The notes below the pieces were generated by a model. The model was not told the origin of the DNA, did no database searches, and worked only from the letters and a program-made list of their open reading frames with translations. From the NCBI GenBank assembly GCA_021399345.1, contig JAAFKI010000154.1:1-64000 (forward strand): DNA of 64,000 bases, written 5' to 3'. The position numbers were made by a program, and so were the translations under genes. Source of the stretch: Candidatus Heimdallarchaeota archaeon. GTDB taxonomy: Archaea; Asgardarchaeota; Heimdallarchaeia; Heimdallarchaeales; Heimdallarchaeaceae. Shown here piece by piece: positions 10,350-20,349 of this stretch (positions are counted from its first letter, which is position 1; the number at the start of each line of letters is the position of its first letter).

Positions 10350-10469
10350 TACGTAAAATACGATATTTTCATTTATATACTATTCCTTAATACTAATTCT
10401 CTTACTACTTCGAAAAAAACCGAACTAGGTCTTTTTTGTAATTCTTAATCTACCAAAAGTGAGTAACTT

Positions 10470-12281
10470 TCAGTCATCGTACGGAGATTTAAGTAAAGAT
10501 TTTTGAGCTAATGATAAAATCTGGTTTACAATCTCTTCGTTTACTGATAATAGTTTCTTTAAATCTTCAACTTCTGCTTTAGCAATTTTTTCAATAGTAC
10601 CATACTCCAACATTAGTTTTTGCACCTTAGTTTTACCTATACCTTTTATTTTTTCAAAAATGGAATCTTGAATACTTCTTAATCTTAGGATTTTATGATA
10701 GTTTATAGCAAATCTGTGAGCTTCATCTCTGACATTCTGAACCAGTTTCAAAACTGGCGAATTTCGTTTAAATTCAATTGATTCATCTGACCACTCAACA
10801 AAAATTTCTTCATTTTTCTTGGCAATACTAACAATAGGAACGGATATTTTCAGTTTCTTTAGCACTTTTAATGCAATGTTTAACTGTCCTTTTCCACCAT
10901 CAATTATTAGAAGATCAGGTTTAGGGTCTGATTTCAATGTTTCAGAACTATATCTTCGACCAATTACTTCCTCCATCATTGCATAATCATTTGGTTCTGT
11001 ATACGTTTTTCTAATTCTAAACCGTCTATACAATTTCTTCTGAGGAACACCATTTTCAAAAACCACACAAGACCCTACAGAATGCTCTCCTTTAAGTGTA
11101 GAAATATCAAAACCATGTATTATAATTGGTATCTTTGTTAATTGAAGATCATTTTTCATTTCGTCTAATATCTTCTCGAAGTCCTTTTGATATTGGATAT
11201 CTCTTTTGAATTTTTGTAACTCGTTTCGAGCGTTTTTTTCTGCAATTTCAATTAATTGTTTCGCAATGGTTGTTTTGAATGTTCTAATGTTGAAATCCTT
11301 TGTTTCGAGAAAACGTTCGGTGAATGCTAGACCCACTAGAATACTGTATTTGGGTTTTTCTTCACCATAGATGAAGGTAATAACTTCTCCGGTGGTTCTA
11401 AGAGGATGGCCTTCCTCTTTTGAATAAAGGTAGTTAGTGATATTGTGTATACGATGATTTCGCATCTCCAATTTACTTAATGCTATGTCGCCTTCATATT
11501 CTTTAAACGCCAATACATCAATATTCTTTTGCTTAGAGTGCAAATCATCCTGAATATTCAAAATAGTTCGAACAGCGTGAGTTAGATCACGTAAATTAGC
11601 AGCTTTCTCAAAATTAGATCCCTGAGAGGCTAACCACATTTCTTCCTCAATGCTATCTAGTAAATCAGCTACATTTCCTTTCAGAAAGGATATAACATTT
11701 TTCACGATTTTTCCATATTCCTCGGGAGATATGTTGTTCTTACATGGTGATAAACACCTTCCCAACCTTTCTCTCATACATCTCGCAGATGAACCTTTTT
11801 TAGCTAAACGTTCCATTGTTTTTCCACAATTACATATAGGAAATAATCTTGCAACTAATTTAGCAGTTTGTTTTACCATCGTATCTTTGGGAAAAGGCCC
11901 AAAGTAAACACTCTTGCTGACTCGTTGGTCTGTTTCTCTTGCAAACAAAAGCTGAGGATATTCCTCTTCCATGGTTATTCTGATTAGCAAATGCGATTTA
12001 TCGTCTTTCAGCATACTGTTCAGTTTCGGAGACAGTTGTTTAACCAATTTTTTCTCCAAAATCAAAGCTTCAGATTCATTTCTAGTTATAATCCAATCTA
12101 CACGATGTGCTAGTTCCTGTAATTTATCTTCTTTAAGATTAATAGTTGTTTGAAAATGTTGCTTTACTCGATTCCTGAGATTCTTAGCTTTGCCGACATA
12201 AATTACCTTCTCTTCTTTATCTTTTATCAGATAAACGCCTGGTTCAGTAGGGATTTCTTCAAGATCGGAAAAAAGACTCAT
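10470..12281 (-). CDS. uvrC: Excinuclease ABC subunit C
   Basis: GIY-YIG (PGVY...YVGKAKNL), FDIS, IDGGKGQL, RDEAHRFA, HhH. Confidence 0.97.
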   Translation of the reverse strand: MSLFSDLEEIPTEPGVYLIKDKEEKVIYVGKAKNLRNRVKQHFQTTINLKEDKLQELAHRVDWIITRNESEALILEKKLVKQLSPKLNSMLKDDKSHLLIRITMEEEYPQLLFARETDQRVSKSVYFGPFPKDTMVKQTAKLVARLFPICNCGKTMERLAKKGSSARCMRERLGRCLSPCKNNISPEEYGKIVKNVISFLKGNVADLLDSIEEEMWLASQGSNFEKAANLRDLTHAVRTILNIQDDLHSKQKNIDVLAFKEYEGDIALSKLEMRNHRIHNITNYLYSKEEGHPLRTTGEVITFIYGEEKPKYSILVGLAFTERFLETKDFNIRTFKTTIAKQLIEIAEKNARNELQKFKRDIQYQKDFEKILDEMKNDLQLTKIPIIIHGFDISTLKGEHSVGSCVVFENGVPQKKLYRRFRIRKTYTEPNDYAMMEEVIGRRYSSETLKSDPKPDLLIIDGGKGQLNIALKVLKKLKISVPIVSIAKKNEEIFVEWSDESIEFKRNSPVLKLVQNVRDEAHRFAINYHKILRLRSIQDSIFEKIKGIGKTKVQKLMLEYGTIEKIAKAEVEDLKKLLSVNEEIVNQILSLAQKSLLKSPYDD

Positions 12282-14254
12282 CTAGTTTCCACCATTTTCT
12301 CAAGTTCTTTAATTTTATCACGATAAAGTGCAGCTTTTTCAAAATCTAAAGCTCCAGCAGCTTCAGCCATTTTTTCCTTCAAATCATCAATTACATAAAG
12401 AATATCTTGACTAGTCAAATCATCAGGAACTTCTATTTTCTCTTCCTCTTTAGGTTCAATTTGCATCAATGTTTCAACAATGGATCTTATTTCTTTACGA
12501 ATAGTTGTAGGTTTGATACCATGTTTTTCATTATATTCTTGTTGAATTCTTCTTCTTCTATTATTCTCTGTTATAGCTTCTTTCATAGAACCTGTAAGAT
12601 TATCGGCATACAAAATAACGCTACCATGAACGTTTCTGCTAGCTCGACCCATAAGTTGAATTAGCGAACCTTTAGAACGCAAAAATCCTTCTTTATCTGC
12701 ATCAAGTATTGCAATAAGAGCTACTTCAGGAAGATCCAATCCTTCTCTTAGAAGGTTAATTCCAACTACCACATCATATTTGCCTAATCTAAGTTCTCTT
12801 AATATCTCAATTCGGTCCAAAGTGTCTACCTCATGATGTAAATAAACTGACTTAATATTCATTTCCAGAAGATAATCAGATAGCATCTCTGCACTCTTTT
12901 TAGTGATAGTTGTAACCAAGACTCTTTCTCCCTTACTTACTCTTTGGTTTATCTCGCTTACAAGATCAGTTATTTGTCCATCAGTTCCTCTTACATCTAT
13001 CTTTGGATCTAAAAGACCAGTTGGACGAATGATTTGTTCTACAATTTGCTCAGATATATCATATTCATAATTTCGAGGAGTGGCACTTGTGAAAATAACG
13101 TTGTGCATATATTTCTCCGTTTCTTCGAATCTGAAAGGACGATTATCAAATGCAGAAGGAAGTCTGAAACCATGTTCAATTAGATTCTTCTTTCTTGAGT
13201 AATCTCCACCATACATTCCACGAAGTTGAGGGATAGTTAAATGTGATTCATCAATGATAAACAAGAAATCTTCGGGGAAGTGGTCAAGCAAAGCAAAGGG
13301 TTTTTCACCAGGTTTTCTTCTATCAAAATGACGAGAGTAGTTTTCTATTCCAGAGCAGCCACCTGTTTCTCTTAATAATTCCAAATCATATAGTGTCTTT
13401 TGCCTCAATCGATGTCTTTCCACTACCTTGTTATCCTTTTCAAATTCAGCTAAACGCATATCTAGTTCTATCTTTATATCTTCAAGAGCTGATTCAAAGA
13501 AAGCATCATTTGCAAGATATTGGGTTCCTGGATAAATAGACATTGCTTCATATTCTTTCATCATTTCTCCTGTAACTGAATGTCGAGAAGTTAAACGTTC
13601 TATCTCGTCTCCAAAGAACTCAATACGATAAACGCAATCACTATATAATGGAAAAATATCAATGGAATCACCTCTAACTCTGAAGGTTTTACGATCCAGA
13701 TTCACATCGTTCCTTTCGTATTGGTTTTTGACTAACTCTAACATTAAATCCTGCCTATCTAAAGAATCACCTACTTTCAAAGCTATTCTTCTAGAACGAT
13801 ATACATCAGGAGGACCAGTACCATAAATACAAGAGACAGTTGCACAAACAATTACATCGTCACGAGTAGCTAAAGCTTCAAGAGCTGTATGACGTAAACG
13901 CTCAATTTCTCGATTTATGTCAACATCCTTCTCAATGTAAAGATCTTTAGAAGGAAGATAGGCTTCTGGCTGATAGTAATCATAAAAACTGACATAATAG
14001 CACACTGCTGCAGAAGGAAACAAGGTTTTAAATTCACCAAAAAGCTGTGCAACAAGAGTTTTATTAGGACCCATAATCAAAGTAGGTTTCTTGATTTCAT
14101 CAATAACAGAAGCCATGGTAAAAGTTTTTCCAGAGCCAGTAACACCTAGAAGTGTTTGATGTTTATGCCCTTTGTTTATTCCTTCAATCAATTGAGCTAT
14201 TGCTTTAGGTTGATCTCCCTTTGGAGTAAAAGGCGTTTCTAAATCTAATGGCAT
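12278..14254 (-). CDS. uvrB: Excinuclease ABC subunit B
   Basis: GVTGSGKT, YYQPEAY, DESH, GINLLREGLD, C-terminal UVR domain. Confidence 0.98.
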   Translation of the reverse strand: MPLDLETPFTPKGDQPKAIAQLIEGINKGHKHQTLLGVTGSGKTFTMASVIDEIKKPTLIMGPNKTLVAQLFGEFKTLFPSAAVCYYVSFYDYYQPEAYLPSKDLYIEKDVDINREIERLRHTALEALATRDDVIVCATVSCIYGTGPPDVYRSRRIALKVGDSLDRQDLMLELVKNQYERNDVNLDRKTFRVRGDSIDIFPLYSDCVYRIEFFGDEIERLTSRHSVTGEMMKEYEAMSIYPGTQYLANDAFFESALEDIKIELDMRLAEFEKDNKVVERHRLRQKTLYDLELLRETGGCSGIENYSRHFDRRKPGEKPFALLDHFPEDFLFIIDESHLTIPQLRGMYGGDYSRKKNLIEHGFRLPSAFDNRPFRFEETEKYMHNVIFTSATPRNYEYDISEQIVEQIIRPTGLLDPKIDVRGTDGQITDLVSEINQRVSKGERVLVTTITKKSAEMLSDYLLEMNIKSVYLHHEVDTLDRIEILRELRLGKYDVVVGINLLREGLDLPEVALIAILDADKEGFLRSKGSLIQLMGRASRNVHGSVILYADNLTGSMKEAITENNRRRRIQQEYNEKHGIKPTTIRKEIRSIVETLMQIEPKEEEKIEVPDDLTSQDILYVIDDLKEKMAEAAGALDFEKAALYRDKIKELEKMVETR

Positions 14255-14346
14255 TCTTGTTTCTCCTATCTTTTAATTGTTAAAAAGTATGCTTATTAGT
14301 CAGAAAGATTTCCTTTTAAAAACTAGGAAAAAAGAGAAACTAAATT

Positions 14347-14670
14347 TTGATCCAGAATCCTTACCTTGACCAGTTATGTAAGTTTTTTTCTAACAAGCAG
14401 TACAAACGTATTAGTGATGTATTACAACACCTAAAGAAGCAATTCCACGGTTCTAGGTATATGGAATTCAGAAACTATTTTGATGTTCCACGTGAAGAAA
14501 TCGATGAAAAAGGTGTTATGAATTACCTTGAGGGACTTTACAGGAAAATTGGAGCTCCAAAGGGAAGGATAAGGGCATGGTACTCTTTACCTCATGAAGA
14601 CAAGGAGATAAAAAGAATTTGCGTTTTTTATTCTGTTGATGAAATTCAAGAGAAGCAAGCAGTTAGATAA
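14347..14670 (+). CDS. Hypothetical protein
   Basis: 107-aa ORF divergent from uvrB with normal composition. Confidence 0.65.
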   Translation: MIQNPYLDQLCKFFSNKQYKRISDVLQHLKKQFHGSRYMEFRNYFDVPREEIDEKGVMNYLEGLYRKIGAPKGRIRAWYSLPHEDKEIKRICVFYSVDEIQEKQAVR

Positions 14671-14755
14671 TATCAGTTCTATCTTACAATAAGCAAAGAG
14701 GGCTAACAGCAATTTTGTCGGTCTTAAATACTGAAATGTTTATTTTAAAGCAAGT

Positions 14756-15016
14756 ATGGTTTCAACTATTAGTACAAAACAACTCGTTTTTGATGAGTTA
14801 AAATTTATACTACCTCATCAAAAAAGAGCTCTTCTTCTTTTAAAATCGGACATCATTAGGGAAAGAATGAAGGGATACGCATTACTAACTACATGTTTTC
14901 GGATGAGTTCTCCTGATATTCAAAATTATATTCGCAATAAGTGGAAAGAGGAAAAAGATTTGAAAGACTTAAAAAAAGCATTTATCGTGTATTGTGAACA
15001 AACATTTCTAGGATAG
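14756..15016 (+). CDS. Hypothetical small helical protein
   Basis: 86-aa ATG ORF with a TATA-like sequence about 30 nt upstream. Confidence 0.6.
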   Translation: MVSTISTKQLVFDELKFILPHQKRALLLLKSDIIRERMKGYALLTTCFRMSSPDIQNYIRNKWKEEKDLKDLKKAFIVYCEQTFLG

Positions 15017-15021
15017 ATACA

Positions 15022-15795
15022 TCAGTTGTTTTCTTCCTGCAGGGGAAAGTAAACAGGGAATATAAGACGCGCAAAATTTTGGTATATTTCAACACTATAA
15101 TCCTTCTGTTCGATTAAGCCTTCCAGTTTTACAATTTCAGATTCAGTATAACCTTTCATATCTGGAAATTCACTTTGATTACCATAATCCATAACTTTGC
15201 AAATTATTTCACCGACTTGCTCTAATTCTAGATATGATTCAATCAGGATATGGATATGAGGAGTTAGTTTTTGTGATTGCTCTTCCTCTTTAACTGAATC
15301 AGCTATTCTTATTACAGAAAGGATTGCAGCTCTTCTTGTAATATAGTCCTTTGCATAAACTACATTTTTCAATGGATAAAGAACGTCTGCATCATCTAAG
15401 TAACCTATTGCCCTAATAGCTGCATACTGAAGATCATAATCACTTTCTTCTAGTATTTTTACTAAATAAGGTTTGGACGCATAATCCTTTAAATGACCTA
15501 AAACTTCCAAAGTAGATAGTTTAATAGCCAACGAACTTCGTTCTATAAGATCATGAAGATAGCTTAAGATTTTTTCTTTAAGCTCTGGAAATTCTGAAGC
15601 ATATTCAACTATGGTTGAAGCTGCAGCATTTCTTACATTCCAGTCAGAATCTTCTATTAGTGGATAAATTTTGTTGATACTCTTTGCTTTACCATTCTTC
15701 TGTAAGAATAAAGCAAAACTAGCTCGATCTAGGGGATCGTCGCTTTTTTGTTTTCTACCTATGAATAATCCTCTAAAGAAATCTACTAAACTCAT
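15022..15795 (-). CDS. HEAT-repeat protein
   Basis: Repeats DSDWNVRNAAA, ESDYDLQYAAIRAIG, KDYITRRAAI. Confidence 0.85.
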   Translation of the reverse strand: MSLVDFFRGLFIGRKQKSDDPLDRASFALFLQKNGKAKSINKIYPLIEDSDWNVRNAAASTIVEYASEFPELKEKILSYLHDLIERSSLAIKLSTLEVLGHLKDYASKPYLVKILEESDYDLQYAAIRAIGYLDDADVLYPLKNVVYAKDYITRRAAILSVIRIADSVKEEEQSQKLTPHIHILIESYLELEQVGEIICKVMDYGNQSEFPDMKGYTESEIVKLEGLIEQKDYSVEIYQNFARLIFPVYFPLQEENN

Positions 15796-17366
15796 AATTC
15801 AAACAACCCCTCTTTAATGAGATAGCTTATAGCACCTCTTTGTGGTTGAGTTAGTTTTCTAAGAAATGTATAATCTATTTTTCTAACTTCAAACCTTTCT
15901 TCCTTTTCCTCATCTAAATCAAACTTGTAAGCGTCCTTCCTTTTTGTAACTTGAACAGCTCTTGTAACTACAGGAAGGTTATATGGCGACAAAGATTTGT
16001 ACTTTGCTTTATGAACTGCAAATAAGGTTGCAACATGAATTCCCCCTATTTTCTTGAAAACGATAATATCTGCAAAAGCTGGGAGAATTGTTTTAAAATC
16101 ATCTCTATACAATGCCATATGATTATGTAAAATGACTAACTGATCAATTCCTACACCGTACTCGTTAGCTTCAAACACATATACCTTCTTATCATCCACT
16201 TTTACATATCCTTTTGAGGAAATTCTAGAATTATCATCAAGTAGTTGCCCAAAGGTGGAATATTTTCTTCTAAACACCTTACTTACGTATTCTTCAATTT
16301 GTCTCCAGCCATATGCATAAACAGACCATATATCTGTCCATCTACTTCTGGAAGAGTGCCAATGTTCAACCACAAACTCAGAATGAGCGTTTTTGTTAAC
16401 AGCTTGTAAATCCTTAATATCATTCCATGAAAACTCTTCAAGGAATTCTAAATCAGACTTAAATGAGAAAAGCTTCTGAAATACTGTTTTCTCATCAGAG
16501 TACTTCGCAACAAGTTTATTCATCGCAGCAAGACTAAATTTACCTATAGGGGGTGCAAGGAAAGCTTTTAATTCTTTTGGATACATAATTGATTTATCGT
16601 CGTGTCTTTTTGGAAGCTTATACTCGTCCTTCTCCAGTAAATAATCAATTGCTTTTTTCTGAATGTAATGTGCAAAACCCTCACCTATAAGTTCATGGAG
16701 ATTCTTCTTTCTTACAACCTTAGCCCTTTCATTTATCAGATTAATTGCTTCTATTGAAAAATTATTGAAAAGAGTATATTTCCTAGCATCTTCTGGAGGA
16801 GTATAGAAATCTTCTACTCCTGCTTCTGTAAATAGTCGAATTACGCCTATCAAATCTTGGAAGTATTGCCAAGCCCAAACATGTTTATTTTGTGAAGTTT
16901 GGTTCAATTGAAATACATTGTTTGTCATTAGTTCTTTAAGAACTAAGTCTAATTGGTATAATTGAGCTAAAATTCTTGGTGAATTAGACTCAGTTTTTTC
17001 ATTCAAATAAGCATGAGCAAATGCATGTATAAGCATAACTCTTAGAGTTAATTCTTGTTCCTTAGTAAGTTCTTCTGGAGGAACAGAAAGATAAACAAGA
17101 GTTGGTAAAGAGTTATAGACAGTCTCCTTTCCAGTTGGAAGGAAATCGCTAATCCTAGCTGACCGAAGGTTTGTAATTTGTTCAGAAGTGAGTATAGCTT
17201 GTGGAGTCCCTGTTACCTCTACAACTCTATTAACAGAGATATGCATCTCAGGATTAATGAAAATTAATATTCTATAATTCTCAGGTGTTTCTCCAACTAG
17301 AGTTTTAAAGTCCTCCCTAGCACTGTTGTAAACTTCGATTACGTCACTAAGTTCCTCTTTAAGCAT
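15792..17366 (-). CDS. Hypothetical protein with a degenerate zincin-like motif
   Basis: MLIHAFAHAY (HExxH-like, E to A) and a downstream EGFA; ATG at 17366 overlaps the vWA stop (ORF track starts 17396). Confidence 0.6.
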   Translation of the reverse strand: MLKEELSDVIEVYNSAREDFKTLVGETPENYRILIFINPEMHISVNRVVEVTGTPQAILTSEQITNLRSARISDFLPTGKETVYNSLPTLVYLSVPPEELTKEQELTLRVMLIHAFAHAYLNEKTESNSPRILAQLYQLDLVLKELMTNNVFQLNQTSQNKHVWAWQYFQDLIGVIRLFTEAGVEDFYTPPEDARKYTLFNNFSIEAINLINERAKVVRKKNLHELIGEGFAHYIQKKAIDYLLEKDEYKLPKRHDDKSIMYPKELKAFLAPPIGKFSLAAMNKLVAKYSDEKTVFQKLFSFKSDLEFLEEFSWNDIKDLQAVNKNAHSEFVVEHWHSSRSRWTDIWSVYAYGWRQIEEYVSKVFRRKYSTFGQLLDDNSRISSKGYVKVDDKKVYVFEANEYGVGIDQLVILHNHMALYRDDFKTILPAFADIIVFKKIGGIHVATLFAVHKAKYKSLSPYNLPVVTRAVQVTKRKDAYKFDLDEEKEERFEVRKIDYTFLRKLTQPQRGAISYLIKEGLFEL

Positions 17367-18744
17367 GAAGTATACTCTCCCGTAGTATTTGCTCACCCAA
17401 ATTCTTTATTTGAGCAGGATCTATTAAGATGGGTTTGGTAATCCCTTTGAGCATTCTTTTTGTATGGATAAAAATCTCTTTGTTCCTTAGAGCTTCAGTT
17501 CCCATTAAAAAGTAAGAAATATTCCAATTCCTGGAACGATCAGCCTTTAAAGAGCTGAATATTGCGTTCAATTGTTGCAAACATTCTCTTGTATCTGCAT
17601 TTGTTTTTGTTTCAACTTCATCGAAGTATTTCTTAAGTTCTTTACTCTTTTTGAAACTAAAAGGATAGACAGGAACGTTAGGCATACCATCTGTTACTAT
17701 AGTTAATTGAACATCAATGTCTTTGTCTGTATGCTGTTTCTTTGCATGTTCAATAGCTTTCAGGATGCTCTGAACCATGTGTGTCTTTCCTCGCGCTTCA
17801 GCAGTGAGAAGAAGTTGTTCCATTTTCTTATCATCATCAACCACAAAGGGATTCTTAATTATAGGAACAACTGCTAGCTTAAACATATCAAATCGCTTTC
17901 TTTTTCGTCTATTAATCATTTTGAAATAATAATAGAGACTAAGACTTGTTAAAAGAGCTCCATCCAATCTAGACATTTTTCCTTCAAACACATTTTTTTT
18001 CATGGATTGACTCATATCAACTATCAGATAAACTAAGGAACGACGATCCTTCTTTATCCTCATAATATCTTCTTGTTTGACTTCTGTTGGAGGAATAGTT
18101 TGAGAACTAAGAACAGCACTCTTGTAGGTCTCTTTCAAACGAATTGTACCATGTAATCTTTTTTGAACTTCATCAATAGGTGCTACAGAAATCTGCTTCA
18201 TTAGATATCTACCTAAAATCTTTCCAAGAAGATCCATAACACTTTCCCGAGAAATTCTTTTCTTCCTACCAAATGCGTCAGTTATTTCTATATCCACAAT
18301 TTCTGTTAATTGACTTAATTTCTCTGCTAATTGTTGAAGATCTACAGTTCCTTCTTGTTTAAGTTCTTTTAAAAGATCTTGAATATATTTGAGAATATCC
18401 TCAACAGTCTGTAACTCGTTTCTGTTAACTCTCTCCAGGACATCAGGTAAAATTCGTTCTCCAATGAACCGAAGGAGTTTCATTTCATTAACTAAACGTT
18501 CTTCTTCTTCAGCTATTAGAAAAGTGTTCATGATTTTCTGAACAATATTGTCTACGGCAACAGCATTTTTCGCTGCAATAGATAAGACTGCACCTTCACG
18601 AGAACTTCTTCCAAGATGCGGATTCCTCCATAAGCGTAGCACTTGTGCTGCATCCTCGAATTCTAATACAAATTCTTGATTAGAATAATGCTGCAAGGGA
18701 TCAACAAATTCTGCTTCTGTTACGAAATATATACGATGGGGCAT
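17359..18744 (-). CDS. vWA-domain protein
   Basis: MIDAS DMSQS, GKT, VTDGMPN. Confidence 0.85.
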   Translation of the reverse strand: MPHRIYFVTEAEFVDPLQHYSNQEFVLEFEDAAQVLRLWRNPHLGRSSREGAVLSIAAKNAVAVDNIVQKIMNTFLIAEEEERLVNEMKLLRFIGERILPDVLERVNRNELQTVEDILKYIQDLLKELKQEGTVDLQQLAEKLSQLTEIVDIEITDAFGRKKRISRESVMDLLGKILGRYLMKQISVAPIDEVQKRLHGTIRLKETYKSAVLSSQTIPPTEVKQEDIMRIKKDRRSLVYLIVDMSQSMKKNVFEGKMSRLDGALLTSLSLYYYFKMINRRKRKRFDMFKLAVVPIIKNPFVVDDDKKMEQLLLTAEARGKTHMVQSILKAIEHAKKQHTDKDIDVQLTIVTDGMPNVPVYPFSFKKSKELKKYFDEVETKTNADTRECLQQLNAIFSSLKADRSRNWNISYFLMGTEALRNKEIFIHTKRMLKGITKPILIDPAQIKNLGEQILRESILHA

Positions 18745-18781
18745 TTTATCATCTCTAAAAGTTACTAGAAGAGTTTTAGGA

Positions 18782-20332
18782 TTAGATATAATCTACTCTG
18801 AGTAACAGTTCATACGATGGTTTTAGTTTTTCCACAACTTGCTTTCGAATGTTTTCTTTGTATTTGTCTAAACCTTCAAATTTCACAACAAGTTCAGCTA
18901 ATTCGGCATCGCTTAATGCTTTCATTTTAGATATGTCTTCGGATATATCTTGAACACTAATTGATACGTCTGATTCTTTGATAGATGTACGTAAAACAAT
19001 CTTAAGTTGCTGCAGTGCATCGTTAATCATTGAAACTGGAACATCATAAGCATTCATTGTATTTCTTATTCTTTCTAATGTAATGACGTTAATATCGGTT
19101 ATTTCATCTTCTCTTGCTTGAAGTAATACTGTTTCCCCAATGATGTTATTCATTGTACGAAGATCAATATGTGGGTTTCTTTGAGGGTCGTGAATTTCAT
19201 CTAAACCAGTATAGAAATCTGCTCTAGCCATTCTACTCTCAGAACGAACACCTTTTGCTTTGAGATTGCCAGGTAGGGAATTGTCACCTAAGAAAGCTAG
19301 AAAATCAACAGCTAATCGACTTACGAAATCAGTTGTTTCTTTTTCTAATTCATGGAGTTGAATAATGGAGGGGTTAGCAGTAATTTTTCTTCGAGAAAGA
19401 ACAATTTGTTCATCAAACATATCTTTAATGATTTGTTCTCTGCTTTCCACAGAACGAGCGGGCCAGAGAACTTCAGGAATACGATTAATGATTGGTTGAC
19501 TTTCTTCTCCAAATACTGTCAAAGGAGCATTCGATGTGAAAAGAACTGCACCATCAATATAAACTGGCTCTCCTTGAATATTGTATTTGATAACCATTGG
19601 TTCTTCAAGAAAACCCATCAAAGATTCTAGCAGGCTTAATGGAAGTCTTTGTATTTCATTAACTACAATGAAACCATGTGATAATATTCCTACTTTGTGT
19701 GAAGTTGCTGCATATGTAGTTGAAGTTTCTTTTCCAAATAATTCTTCTAAATTCTCAACACCAGCAAGAAGCATGGATAAGCTCTCAGGGTCGGTTCTAG
19801 GATCTAGTTGAGATCTTCTAACTATAGTTTTAGAAGCTTCAAGTTTTCCTAAACGACTAACAACTTCCTTTGGAGGAATGGATAACATACTATTTGTATT
19901 ATCCAAATCGACAGAGTTGTCATCTGTTGAAAGTATGGCTTCAATATTTTTTCTACAATATGGACAGAGAGATTGCATCACACGAATTCCAGCAAAGGGA
20001 TTAGCTGGGAAATTGTTCATTACATCTACTATATATCCAGCATCCTCTAAAAAGGGACATCCTTCAATATGGTATTTGGAATTATTAATTTCTCTAACAA
20101 TATGATCTAGCAAAATTCTAGCAAACAATGATTTAGCTTCTCCTGTTGGACCAGTAAGTAGAACCTTTCCACCTACGGCTAGTTTATCCATTACCAGATT
20201 TTTACCAACATCATTTCCTCTAACGCTGACGTCTTTTGAAACTCTTTCACGGAATTCAGGATTCATAAGGATTGATCTAACAGAAAATCCATCATAACCA
20301 TCCTTCATTAATTTCTGTATTGTGAGTGTCAT
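18782..20332 (-). CDS. AAA+ ATPase, MoxR/chelatase-I-like
   Basis: Walker A-like GPTGEAKS, Walker B-like IVVNEIQR, FTSN sensor-1, GCPF...CPYC. Confidence 0.8.
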   Translation of the reverse strand: MTLTIQKLMKDGYDGFSVRSILMNPEFRERVSKDVSVRGNDVGKNLVMDKLAVGGKVLLTGPTGEAKSLFARILLDHIVREINNSKYHIEGCPFLEDAGYIVDVMNNFPANPFAGIRVMQSLCPYCRKNIEAILSTDDNSVDLDNTNSMLSIPPKEVVSRLGKLEASKTIVRRSQLDPRTDPESLSMLLAGVENLEELFGKETSTTYAATSHKVGILSHGFIVVNEIQRLPLSLLESLMGFLEEPMVIKYNIQGEPVYIDGAVLFTSNAPLTVFGEESQPIINRIPEVLWPARSVESREQIIKDMFDEQIVLSRRKITANPSIIQLHELEKETTDFVSRLAVDFLAFLGDNSLPGNLKAKGVRSESRMARADFYTGLDEIHDPQRNPHIDLRTMNNIIGETVLLQAREDEITDINVITLERIRNTMNAYDVPVSMINDALQQLKIVLRTSIKESDVSISVQDISEDISKMKALSDAELAELVVKFEGLDKYKENIRKQVVEKLKPSYELLLRVDYI

Positions 20333-20349
20333 GAGCTTTACCTTTTTTA

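Noticed and set aside
10470-14254. uvrBC without uvrA
   Set aside because: uvrA is often unlinked; cannot be judged from one window
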